Source: Candidatus Multivoradales bacterium
GTDB taxonomy: Bacteria > Acidobacteriota > Thermoanaerobaculia > Multivoradales > JAHEKO01
DNA: 64,000 nt
Direction: 5' to 3'
Assembly (NCBI GenBank): GCA_965248055.1
Contig: CBDFIJ010000004.1
Coordinates: 2,560,001 to 2,624,000 of the forward strand
The notes under the pieces are model-generated. The model saw only the letters and a list, made by a program, of their open reading frames with translations, made no database searches and was not told the DNA's origin. Positions within the stretch are counted from its first letter, which is position 1. Every line of letters begins with the position of its first letter. The position numbers and the translations under genes are program-made. Positions 55,890 through 64,000 of this stretch are shown piece by piece.

Positions 55890-57212
55890 ATGGCTGACCT
55901 AAGCACCGATTTTGCCGGGATCCGCTCGCCTAACCCTTTCTGGGTTGCCTCTGGACCACCTTCCAACACCGCTTATCAGGCGCATCGGGCGTTTGAAGCC
56001 GGCTGGGGAGGGGTGGTCTGGAAGACCATCGGCGAGCCGATCGTCAATGTTTCGTCGCGCTATTCAGCGCTCAACCTAGGGCCGGAGCGGATGGCGGGCT
56101 TTAACAATATTGAACTGATCTCTGACCGTAGTATTGAGACCAATTTTCGCGAGATCCGCGAAGTGAAAGACCGTTGGCCCAACCACGCGGTGATCGCCTC
56201 GTTGATGACCGACACTCAGCAGAACTGGCGCGACATCATGAAGATGTCGGTGGACTCTGGCGCCGATGGGGTGGAGTTGAACTTTGGTTGCCCGCACGGC
56301 ATGTGTGAACGCGGCATGGGCTCTGCGGTGGGGCAGAACCCGGACGTCATCGAGACCATTGTCGGTTGGGTGATGGAGGTGGCCGAGATTCCGGTGATTG
56401 TCAAGTTGACTCCCAATATCACCGACATCCGGCGATCCGCGCGGGCTGCGGCCAATGCGGGCGCGGATGCGATCTCGATGATCAACACCGTGCAGAGCAT
56501 TACCCAGGTCAACCTCGATACCTTTGTACCCGAGCCTTTCGTAGACGGGAAAAGTACCCACGGAGGCTATTGCGGCCCGGCGGTCAAGCCGATTGCCTTG
56601 AACATGGTGCAGCGTTGCGCGGACGATCCTGATGTCGACATTCCGATCTCGGGGATCGGCGGAATTGCAACTTGGCGCGACGGAGCCGAGTTTCTCGCCT
56701 TGGGTGCCAGCAGTCTGCAAGTGTGCACCGCGATCATGCACCACGGTTTCCGTATCGTTGGCGACATGATTGACGGTTTGACGGAGTATTTGGACTCCAA
56801 GGGCTTTGCCAGCATCGACGACCTGGTCGGTCGAGCGACCGCCAACGTCACTCCGTGGGAGACCTTGAATCTCAGTTACCACCACGTTGCTCAGATCGAC
56901 TACGACAAATGCATTGGCTGCAATGTTTGTTATATCGCTTGTGAGGACGGCGCACACCAGTGCATCGACCTGGTCGATCCCGAAGGCGACGGACTGGAAC
57001 TGGGATTGGGTCCAGGGCGAGTGCCGTTTAAGCCGGTACCCCAAGTGCGGGAAGACGACTGTGTTGGTTGCAATTTGTGCTCTCTGGTGTGTGCGGTCGA
57101 TGATTGCATCACCATGACGCAGGTCGACAACGGACGTGACCCCCTGACATGGAAGAGCTACCAGGAACAACTAGAACGAGGCGAGATGGAGCCAATGCCG
57201 GCCCATCCTTAA
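55890..57212 (+). CDS. preA: NAD-dependent dihydropyrimidine dehydrogenase subunit PreA
   Basis: NNIELISDR, ELNFGCPHGM, KLTPN, two C-terminal 4Fe-4S motifs. Confidence 0.95.
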   Translation: MADLSTDFAGIRSPNPFWVASGPPSNTAYQAHRAFEAGWGGVVWKTIGEPIVNVSSRYSALNLGPERMAGFNNIELISDRSIETNFREIREVKDRWPNHAVIASLMTDTQQNWRDIMKMSVDSGADGVELNFGCPHGMCERGMGSAVGQNPDVIETIVGWVMEVAEIPVIVKLTPNITDIRRSARAAANAGADAISMINTVQSITQVNLDTFVPEPFVDGKSTHGGYCGPAVKPIALNMVQRCADDPDVDIPISGIGGIATWRDGAEFLALGASSLQVCTAIMHHGFRIVGDMIDGLTEYLDSKGFASIDDLVGRATANVTPWETLNLSYHHVAQIDYDKCIGCNVCYIACEDGAHQCIDLVDPEGDGLELGLGPGRVPFKPVPQVREDDCVGCNLCSLVCAVDDCITMTQVDNGRDPLTWKSYQEQLERGEMEPMPAHP

Positions 57213-57223
57213 GGAAAGCATTC

Positions 57224-58720
57224 ATGACTCAACCGACGCAAATTCCTTGTCCGATTTTGATCGACAACCAATGGCTGACCCCTGATGTTGCTGGGTCTCC
57301 GGTACACAATCCATCCACCGGTGAGGTAATCGCCCAGACGCCCTTGTGCGGCCAAGATGAAGTCGATGCGGCGGTGGAGGCCGCGCAGCGTGCCCTTCCC
57401 GGGTGGATGGAGACTCCACCGATTGAACGGGCTCGGGTGTTGTTTCGCTACAAGATGCTGCTCGAAGACCATTTTGAAGAGTTGGCACAAATGGTCACCA
57501 TGGAGCACGGCAAGACGCTCACCGAAGCTCGGGGCGACGTGCGGCGTGGCATCGAAGTGGTGGAGTACGCCTGTGGCGCTCCCGAACTGCTCAAAGGGGA
57601 GAGCTTGGAGAACATCGCCACCGGTATTGATTGCATCACCGTGCGTCAGCCGGTAGGAGTTTGTGTCGGTATCTGCCCTTACAACTTCCCAGCCTTGGTG
57701 CCGATGTGGATGTATCCGTTGGCGATCGCCTGCGGCAACACCTTTGTTTTCAAGCCCAGTGAGAAAGTGCCGTTGACCGGGAATCGTCTGATCGAGTTAT
57801 TGATCGAGGCTGGACTGCCCTCTGGGGTGATGAACATCGTTCACGGCGGTCGCGAATGCGTCGATGCGCTACTACGGCACCCCACAGTGCGGGCGATTTC
57901 GTTTGTCGGCTCTTCCGCGGTGGCCAAGTACATCTACGAAACCGGGACCCAACACGGCAAGCGGGTCCAGGCGGCTGGCGGAGCCAAGAACTTTGTCTTT
58001 GTGCTGCCCGACGCGGACATTCCCAAGGCAGTCGAGGGGATGATTGATGGCGCCTTTGGCTGCGCCGGTCAGCGCTGCATGGCTGCCTCCACCGCGGTGG
58101 TGGTCGGCGATGTCGCCGAGCCGTTCTTAGGTCCACTGGCTGAAGAAGCGGCCAAGCTCACGGTCGGAGCCACGGATAGGGATCCCAGCGTCACGTTGGG
58201 GGCGGTGATCACCCGTGAGCATCGCGATCGGATTCATGGACTGATCGAGATCGGGGCAAAGGAGGGAGCAGAGATCCGAGTTGACGGTCGCGAAGCGGCG
58301 GTCGCCGAACATCCCGGCGGGTTCTACCTGGGGGCGACGATTCTGGATCACGTGCGCGACGATATGCAGATTTGCCACGAAGAGACGTTCGGTCCGGTCT
58401 TGAACGTCATGCGCTTTGACGATCTCGATTCGGCCATCGATTCGGCCAACAAACAGGCTTACGGCAATGGGGCGTGTGTCTACACCTCTTCCGGTCGCTC
58501 AGCCCGGGAATTCGCCCATCGGGTCAAGGCGGGCATGGTCGGCATCAACGTTGGGGTTCCAGCGCCTTTGGCCTACTTTCCGTTCAGTGGCTGGGACTAC
58601 TCGTTCTTTGGTGACCTGCATGTGCAGGGCAAAGAGGGAGTGCAGTTCTACACCCGGACCAAGGTCATCACCTCCCGTTGGCACACCCCCGGCGAAGGTG
58701 AGGTTTGGCACACAGACTAA
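57224..58720 (+). CDS. mmsA: CoA-acylating (methyl)malonate-semialdehyde dehydrogenase
   Basis: PYNFP, KPSEKVP, FVGS, GGAKN, GCAGQRCMA, EETFGPV. Confidence 0.92.
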   Translation: MTQPTQIPCPILIDNQWLTPDVAGSPVHNPSTGEVIAQTPLCGQDEVDAAVEAAQRALPGWMETPPIERARVLFRYKMLLEDHFEELAQMVTMEHGKTLTEARGDVRRGIEVVEYACGAPELLKGESLENIATGIDCITVRQPVGVCVGICPYNFPALVPMWMYPLAIACGNTFVFKPSEKVPLTGNRLIELLIEAGLPSGVMNIVHGGRECVDALLRHPTVRAISFVGSSAVAKYIYETGTQHGKRVQAAGGAKNFVFVLPDADIPKAVEGMIDGAFGCAGQRCMAASTAVVVGDVAEPFLGPLAEEAAKLTVGATDRDPSVTLGAVITREHRDRIHGLIEIGAKEGAEIRVDGREAAVAEHPGGFYLGATILDHVRDDMQICHEETFGPVLNVMRFDDLDSAIDSANKQAYGNGACVYTSSGRSAREFAHRVKAGMVGINVGVPAPLAYFPFSGWDYSFFGDLHVQGKEGVQFYTRTKVITSRWHTPGEGEVWHTD

Positions 58721-58756
58721 ATAGTCCAATTGGCAGACTACGAAGGATTCAACACC

Positions 58757-60139
58757 ATGGGCTTACTGATCAAGAACGGCGAGATCGTCACCGCCAGCGA
58801 GCGTTATCACGCGGATATCTATTGCGAGGGCGAGACCATCACTCGCATCGGTCAGGACTTGGAATCCGGACCTGATGCCGAAGTGGTCGACGCCAGTGGC
58901 AAGTACGTCTTCCCAGGGTTCATCGATCCGCACACTCACATCTACCTACCGTTCATGGGTACCTTCGCCAAGGACACCTATGAAACCGCCAGCAAGGCCG
59001 CGTTGATCGGCGGCACCACCTGCTTTGTGGACTTCTGCATTCCCAGCCGCAGTGAGCAACCGCGGGATGCCTTTGAGACTTGGGAGAGCCAGAGCAGCGG
59101 CAATGCGGCTTGCGACTTTACCTACCACATGGCGGTCACCCGTTTCGACGACAGCGCCGCGGAGCAATTGCGCCACATCGTCACCCAAGAAGGGATTTCC
59201 TCGTTCAAGGTGTTCCTGGCCTACAAGGGCGCTTTCGGGGTGCCCGATGAAGAGCTGTACCACACCCTCAAACTAGCCAAAGAGCTGGGGGTGATCACCA
59301 CCGCGCACTGCGAGAACGAAGACATCGTTTTGGAGCGACAGAAAGAATTGATCGCCGCGGGCAAGACCGGCCCCGAGTGGCACTACCATTCGCGCCCGCC
59401 GTTAGTTGAAGCTGAGGGCACCCAGCATCTAATGACCTTTGCTGAGTTGCACGACGCTCACGTCTACGTGGTGCATTTAAGCTGTCGCGAAGCCCTCGAA
59501 GCCGCGATGCGCGCCAAGTCGCGTGGAGTCAACGTCTGGATCGAGACCTTGATCCAGTACCTACTGCTCGACATGACCTACGCCGAGCGCCCCGATTTTG
59601 AAGGCGCCAAGTACGTCATGTCCCCGCCTCTGCGCGATAAGGCCAACCAAGACCTACTGTGGAACGGATTGCGTCAGCGCTTCATCAGCACCCTAGCGAC
59701 CGACCACGCGCCGTTTGATTTCGCCGCCCAGAAAACCATGGGCAAGGACGATTTCACCCTGATCCCCAACGGCATCCCAGCGCTGGAGGATCGGGTCAAC
59801 CTGCTCTACACCCACGGAGTCGCCACCGGGCGCCTCGACCTTCAGACCTTCGTCGATTGCGCCTCCACCCAGGCGGCTAAGATCTTTGGCCTCTATCCGC
59901 AAAAGGGCACCATCCAGCCCGGAGCTGACGCCGATCTGGTGATCTATGACCCGGCCTACCGCGGCAAGATCTCAGCTACTACTCACACCATCAACACCGA
60001 CTACAGTGCCTTTGAAGGCTGGCAGATCGAAGGCCGACCGAGCGTGGTTACCGTGCGCGGCGAGGTCGCGGTGCGCGATGGTGAGTTTGTCGGAACCGTA
60101 GGTCGGGGACAGAGGGTTCGTCGAGAACCGAATCATTGA
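58757..60139 (+). CDS. hydA: Dihydropyrimidinase
   Basis: PGFIDPHTH, SFKVFLAYK, HCEN, VVHLS, MSPPLR, TDHAPF. Confidence 0.95.
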   Translation: MGLLIKNGEIVTASERYHADIYCEGETITRIGQDLESGPDAEVVDASGKYVFPGFIDPHTHIYLPFMGTFAKDTYETASKAALIGGTTCFVDFCIPSRSEQPRDAFETWESQSSGNAACDFTYHMAVTRFDDSAAEQLRHIVTQEGISSFKVFLAYKGAFGVPDEELYHTLKLAKELGVITTAHCENEDIVLERQKELIAAGKTGPEWHYHSRPPLVEAEGTQHLMTFAELHDAHVYVVHLSCREALEAAMRAKSRGVNVWIETLIQYLLLDMTYAERPDFEGAKYVMSPPLRDKANQDLLWNGLRQRFISTLATDHAPFDFAAQKTMGKDDFTLIPNGIPALEDRVNLLYTHGVATGRLDLQTFVDCASTQAAKIFGLYPQKGTIQPGADADLVIYDPAYRGKISATTHTINTDYSAFEGWQIEGRPSVVTVRGEVAVRDGEFVGTVGRGQRVRREPNH

Positions 60140-60446
60140 TGGTACCCACCGTCTGAAGACGGTGAGCGGCTGTCAGATTCCTGAGGACGGCGCTCAGCCC
60201 AGCCCTGCTGTGCGCCGGGTCTGTGAAGGTCTATCAGCGTTTTACCATGTGCTTGCGGGGACGTTTCAGGATTGGTTGGATGCGGGGTTCTCCCCTCCCC
60301 AAAGCACAGGCCATGAAAGGAGAGCCGGCCCCTGCGGCGGCAGCCCCCCACCCATCCAAGACGACGGGTTAGGGACCTGCGATCAGAAACGAAGATAGGA
60401 AAACCCAAGGGCATTCGGCTAGGTGCCCGGCCCAGCCCGAGCAAGT

Positions 60447-60635
60447 CAATGGGCGGTAGACGCTGCGCCGAGAGATTCCGAGCTGCCAGGAAATCTCCGC
60501 TCTTGAGGTCCCGGCTTCGGCCATGGTCTTGATCGATTCCACCTTCTTGGGAGTTAGAACGAATCGCGCGCCCCTCTTGCGACCGCCCCAGGTTTTTCCA
60601 GCAGCCTTGGCTTTGACAATTCCAGCTCGGGTACG
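60447..60635 (-). pseudogene. Serine resolvase C-terminal relic with HTH
   Basis: RTRAGIVKAKAAGKTWGGRKRG..RAEISWQLGISRRSVYR preceded by an in-frame TAG. Confidence 0.78.
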
Positions 60636-61189
60636 CTAACGCGCGGTCTCCTTACGCTTCTGGTTCTCTTGCTTGCGGGTTGTATCAGCCATTTATTCAA
60701 CGGCGGAGCAGGGACACCTGAACAGTGTGTGGTCGACGAAGCGCTGCCCGGCTTGTGGAAGAGTGGAACCAACCTGACCGGGCTTGGTCTGCCGCGGTAG
60801 AACTTAAATTGAACTGCGATTGTACTTATGTAACCTTTCTTCGTGCGGTAAACTTCACGATTCACATCAAAGAATCAGGCGCCTATTACTTCAGCGACGG
60901 GCATCTGGTGTTTGCTCGAGCAAACGGCGAAGAAAGCCGCTGACTCTACGGGCTTGATGGTGGCGAAACTGTGGATCCGCATGTCCGAGAAGGAAGACCC
61001 GATGAGGCTGCAATAGAAGAAGAAGTTTTCGAGTGATTGAGTGGTTCCGCGCTGGATGCCGGGCGGGGCATGAAATGAGACCGAAAAGGAAGAAACCAAC
61101 AAACAAAAGGCCACAACTGCCCCCTTTTTGAAGAAGGTTCCAGTGCCGCATCGACCTTGTGGGGAAACCTGGTCGGCCCGATGTGCTTT

Positions 61190-61723
61190 CTAGTATGGAG
61201 GGAAGCCCCGTGTTTTCTTAAGTCTACCCCCAAGAAGGTCGATAACTAGCTGTTCCGGAAACATACTCGCTCCTTGTAACCTGCAAGGGATTCCAGCAAG
61301 TCCACGGCTGATCTTGCGCAGATCTTTTTCCGGTTGCCACTCGCGGAAGTGCTGGATCATGAAAGCGAAGTCGGTCATTGATCCGAGTGTTCGTCGGCCC
61401 ACGGTTTTCGCATAGACGGCGAGCTTCATCTCGGTCATCTCTTTTTTCACAGCGAGTTCGTCAACCCCGATATCAATCAGCAAATGCTCGAGTTCGTGAC
61501 AAAGCTGTGAACGGATGTTCTTGCTTAGGCTCTTGGCGGGGCAAACCACCGACAGAAGCGTTGTCGAACTGGTGTAGAGGATGAGTTGTTCTCGACCGCA
61601 ACGGATCAGGTTTACGTACCAGTCACCGAGAACGGTAGTGCCAGTGCCCTCATCGATGAGCCTGTCATTTGTATTCTTGCCAAGGCGCTTGCGGGTCTTT
61701 AGGGTGAGGCGAAGAATGACCAT
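61190..61723 (-). CDS. Hypothetical protein (DUF6933-like)
   Basis: LRLTLKTRKRL..LGDWYVNL..TLLSVV..KT..RRTLGSMTD. Confidence 0.7.
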   Translation of the reverse strand: MVILRLTLKTRKRLGKNTNDRLIDEGTGTTVLGDWYVNLIRCGREQLILYTSSTTLLSVVCPAKSLSKNIRSQLCHELEHLLIDIGVDELAVKKEMTEMKLAVYAKTVGRRTLGSMTDFAFMIQHFREWQPEKDLRKISRGLAGIPCRLQGASMFPEQLVIDLLGGRLKKTRGFPPY

Positions 61724-62019
61724 CAGCTAGAGGAGTCGTCGACGGATATTTCGGCTAGGTGCCTTTGTAAGGTGGCGGTAGTCATTTCAGGAAGGTTCGT
61801 GGCGGCTTCGGCCAGAATGCGAGTTCCAGAACGGTAGAGCAGTTCCGTTTCGAGATCGAGTTCGTGCTGCTCCAGTCGAGCATTGGCGAGAATCGTGATG
61901 GCCTCCTTGAGAAAATCCAGAACCGTGGCAGCGTGGCGCTCCTGTAGCCCTCGTAGCACCATGGCATGGCGCTCGAGTGAGCCGGCTACCTCTAGTAGAC
62001 GAAGATCGCGTTTCGACAT
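61723..62019 (-). CDS. Hypothetical helical protein
   Basis: ATG after ggag; stop overlaps the next start (TGATG). Confidence 0.5.
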   Translation of the reverse strand: MSKRDLRLLEVAGSLERHAMVLRGLQERHAATVLDFLKEAITILANARLEQHELDLETELLYRSGTRILAEAATNLPEMTTATLQRHLAEISVDDSSS

Positions 62020-62222
62020 AAGTATTCTCCATCTTATCGAACAACAGGGGCCACCCCTGTGAGAAGCGACAAGGATTACTTTTCCTCCGAGGACTGTCCG
62101 ATCCGAAGGGTGGCTCATACTGGACACTATCCGGAGCCCCTCGAAGTCAAATGATTTGCGGGTCCCGGATGGGACTTCCAAGTAAACCGATGATTTCAGC
62201 CATACTTGGATGATGGAGCCTC

Positions 62223-62854
62223 AAGAGGATAGCCGTCTACGTTCGCGTATCAACCACGCGCCAGGACCTGAGGGGCCAAGAGCCTGAGCTCAAATCTTGG
62301 GTAGAGCAGAACGCGGGCAACGTGCCCGTGCGTTGGTACCGCGACAAGCACACCGGCCGATCTATGGACAGACCAGCCCTCAACAAGCTGGAGCGATCCA
62401 TTGAGGCGGAAAGGTGGGTGCGGTAGCCGTGTGGCGCAACGACCACATGGGAAGGCGCTCGCGGCAGATGCTCACCTTTCTTGAGCGTCTTGACGATCTG
62501 AACGTGGATTACTACTGACTACGCGATGGCGGTCTATTCGCGGACAGGACAGCTTCGGCTCGGATGTTTCGGCACATGCTAATAGGCATGGCTGAGTACG
62601 AGAGCGAACTCATCTCTGAGCGCACCCGGGCGGCGCTTGCCGCCAAGCGTGCGAGGGGAGAGAAGTGGGGCGGTCGGAAGAAGGGCGACAGGTCTAAGCT
62701 TGACGACGTGATGCTCAAGATCATTGAGGCAATGCTCGCCGCCAAAATTCCGAAGACGCAGATTGCTAAGAGGTTAGGGATTTCGAGGGGTTCGGTCTAT
62801 GAAGCGATAAAACTGTTTTCAGTTTGCCAAAGCGGCCCGATTCGCAGAGGGTGA
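62223..62854 (+). pseudogene. Serine resolvase/invertase pseudogene
   Basis: IAVYVRVST..SMDRPAL, frameshift near 62408, TGA at 62516, then AEYESELISERT..GGRK..HTH. Confidence 0.85.
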
Positions 62855-62866
62855 CCAAGGTCTTTT

Positions 62867-63415
62867 GTGACGAGACTCCATCGTTTCGTGGTCATCTCAG
62901 GAGTGCCAGGGTGTGGAAAGACGACAATAGGGCATGCGCTTGCCGATCACCTCGCCATACCTCACCTGGATAAGGACGCGATCCTGGAGTCTCTTTTTGA
63001 TGGAGTTGAGTGTTCAGACGAAGCGACCCGCCATCAACTCAGTAGGGAGGCTGATCGAGAATTTGAGACCATTGCGCAGAGCTATTCCTCGGCAATTCTG
63101 GACTCCTTCTGGCGGCATCCCTCAGCCGAAGTGAGTTCAGGTACTCCGTCCGCCTGGCTTCCCGCTCCCGAGATTTACTCGGTGGAGGTCTACTGCAGGT
63201 GTGCTCCCGAGATTTCTGCGAGCCGTTTCCTAGAGCGGGGGCGCCATAATGGACACCTCGATTTCAGATGGAATCAAGTTTTCCTAGTCGTGCAGTTGCG
63301 AGATCTCGCGCGAACTTTCCCCCTCGGAGTTGGCTCATTTCAGATTGAAGTGGACACGACGGACGACGTCGACACAATACTGCTTGCGGAACAGGTACGA
63401 ATTCCATTGGGTTAA
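62867..63415 (+). CDS. P-loop kinase (AAA_33-like)
   Basis: ISGVPGCGKTT, LDKDAILESL. Confidence 0.8.
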   Translation: MTRLHRFVVISGVPGCGKTTIGHALADHLAIPHLDKDAILESLFDGVECSDEATRHQLSREADREFETIAQSYSSAILDSFWRHPSAEVSSGTPSAWLPAPEIYSVEVYCRCAPEISASRFLERGRHNGHLDFRWNQVFLVVQLRDLARTFPLGVGSFQIEVDTTDDVDTILLAEQVRIPLG

Positions 63416-63502
63416 AGATGGAGGGTGTCGCTCTCGCCGAACCAAGGTTCTAGTGGCGCACAATTGAGCAAGCCATCAGAACAGCTAGAAACGGCTCGCG
63501 GT

Positions 63503-63705
63503 TGGTGATCTACGACCCCGACTACCGCGGCAAGATCTCTGCTGATACCCATCCAATCGCCACTGACTACAGCGCCTTTGAAGGCTGGTAGATCGAAGGC
63601 CGGCCGAGCGTGGTGACGGTGCGGGGGGAGGTCGCGGTGCGGGACGGCGAGTTTGTGGGAACCGTGGGTCGGGGGCAGAGGGTTCGTCGAGAACCGAATC
63701 ATTGA
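63503..63705 (+). pseudogene. Duplicated hydA 3' fragment with a premature stop
   Basis: VIYDPDYRGKIS..DYSAFEGW*IEGRPS..REPNH; TAG at 63589. Confidence 0.88.
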
Positions 63706-63799
63706 TGGTACCCATTTTCTTGAAGATGGTGAACGCTTATCGGACTTCTTGAGACCGCGCTCCCGCCCGTCCAAGAAGACAGAAAGGTCTCCACAAACA

Positions 63800-63916
63800 T
63801 ACAAGGGGAGGGGTTTATCCCTTCCCGCCATTGGTGGGTTCCCCAATCGTAATCTCGGCGGGGGTAGCTCAATACCTCGTCATCCCGGCGGTGGGGAGGG
63901 AGGGGGGCCGGGATCT
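63800..63916. repeat. REP-like palindromic elements
   Basis: ggggagggg-tttat-cccttccc hairpin, and a 39-bp element with the same arms as 50440-50478. Confidence 0.55.
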
Positions 63917-64000
63917 TCGACCTGAATGAGAAAGATCCCCGACCTCCAAACCGCCACCCCAAGCCCCCTTTTCCTTCGCGTTGGGGAGGCTCTGCGGGAT

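Larger units (their letters stand above)
59937..63714. mobile_element. Decayed ~3.4 kb insert bounded by a 212-bp diverged direct repeat of the hydA 3' end
   Basis: 59937-60148 vs 63503-63714; contains resolvase relics. Confidence 0.75.

Noticed and set aside
60650-61035. Lipoprotein-like reading (LLVLLLAGC...) in the hydA insert
   Set aside because: Broken by stops and a frameshift with no identifiable family
62516-62518. In-frame TGA in the resolvase as selenocysteine
   Set aside because: The position corresponds to the Ser of the usual SL motif, and the gene also has a frameshift, so it is a pseudogene
1-64000. CRISPR array, rRNA or complete prophage
   Set aside because: No regularly spaced repeat-spacer series, rRNA-like sequence or virion structural genes seen

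Overview
GC-rich diderm bacterial chromosome segment (TonB receptor, porin, lipoproteins) from an organism carrying tRNA-Sec. In order: an aminotransferase, a TonB-dependent receptor with a long acidic repeat extension, tRNA-Ala, and an FmdB zinc-ribbon protein that probably ends in selenocysteine. Next is a denitrification cluster (eNOR-type heme-copper NO reductase, SCO, lipoprotein di-heme NirS, cytochrome b-ferredoxin-MvhD fusion, porin, Rrf2). A ~26 kb composite island is integrated in selC (68-bp att repeats at 16790-16857 and 42722-42789). It carries a tyrosine integrase, a ~400-bp densely folded non-coding region, two VirD4-like ATPases, a replication-relaxation protein, a large serine recombinase, and a six-gene SdpC/A/B-DCC-hydrolase-SdpI toxin system whose toxin precursor has no cysteine. 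After the island come the glyoxylate shunt with its XRE regulator, an IS481-like element and a reductive pyrimidine catabolism operon with a frameshifted preT. The window ends with a 3.4 kb decayed insert bounded by a diverged duplicate of the hydA 3' end. All family assignments come from motif recognition by eye; no database search was run.
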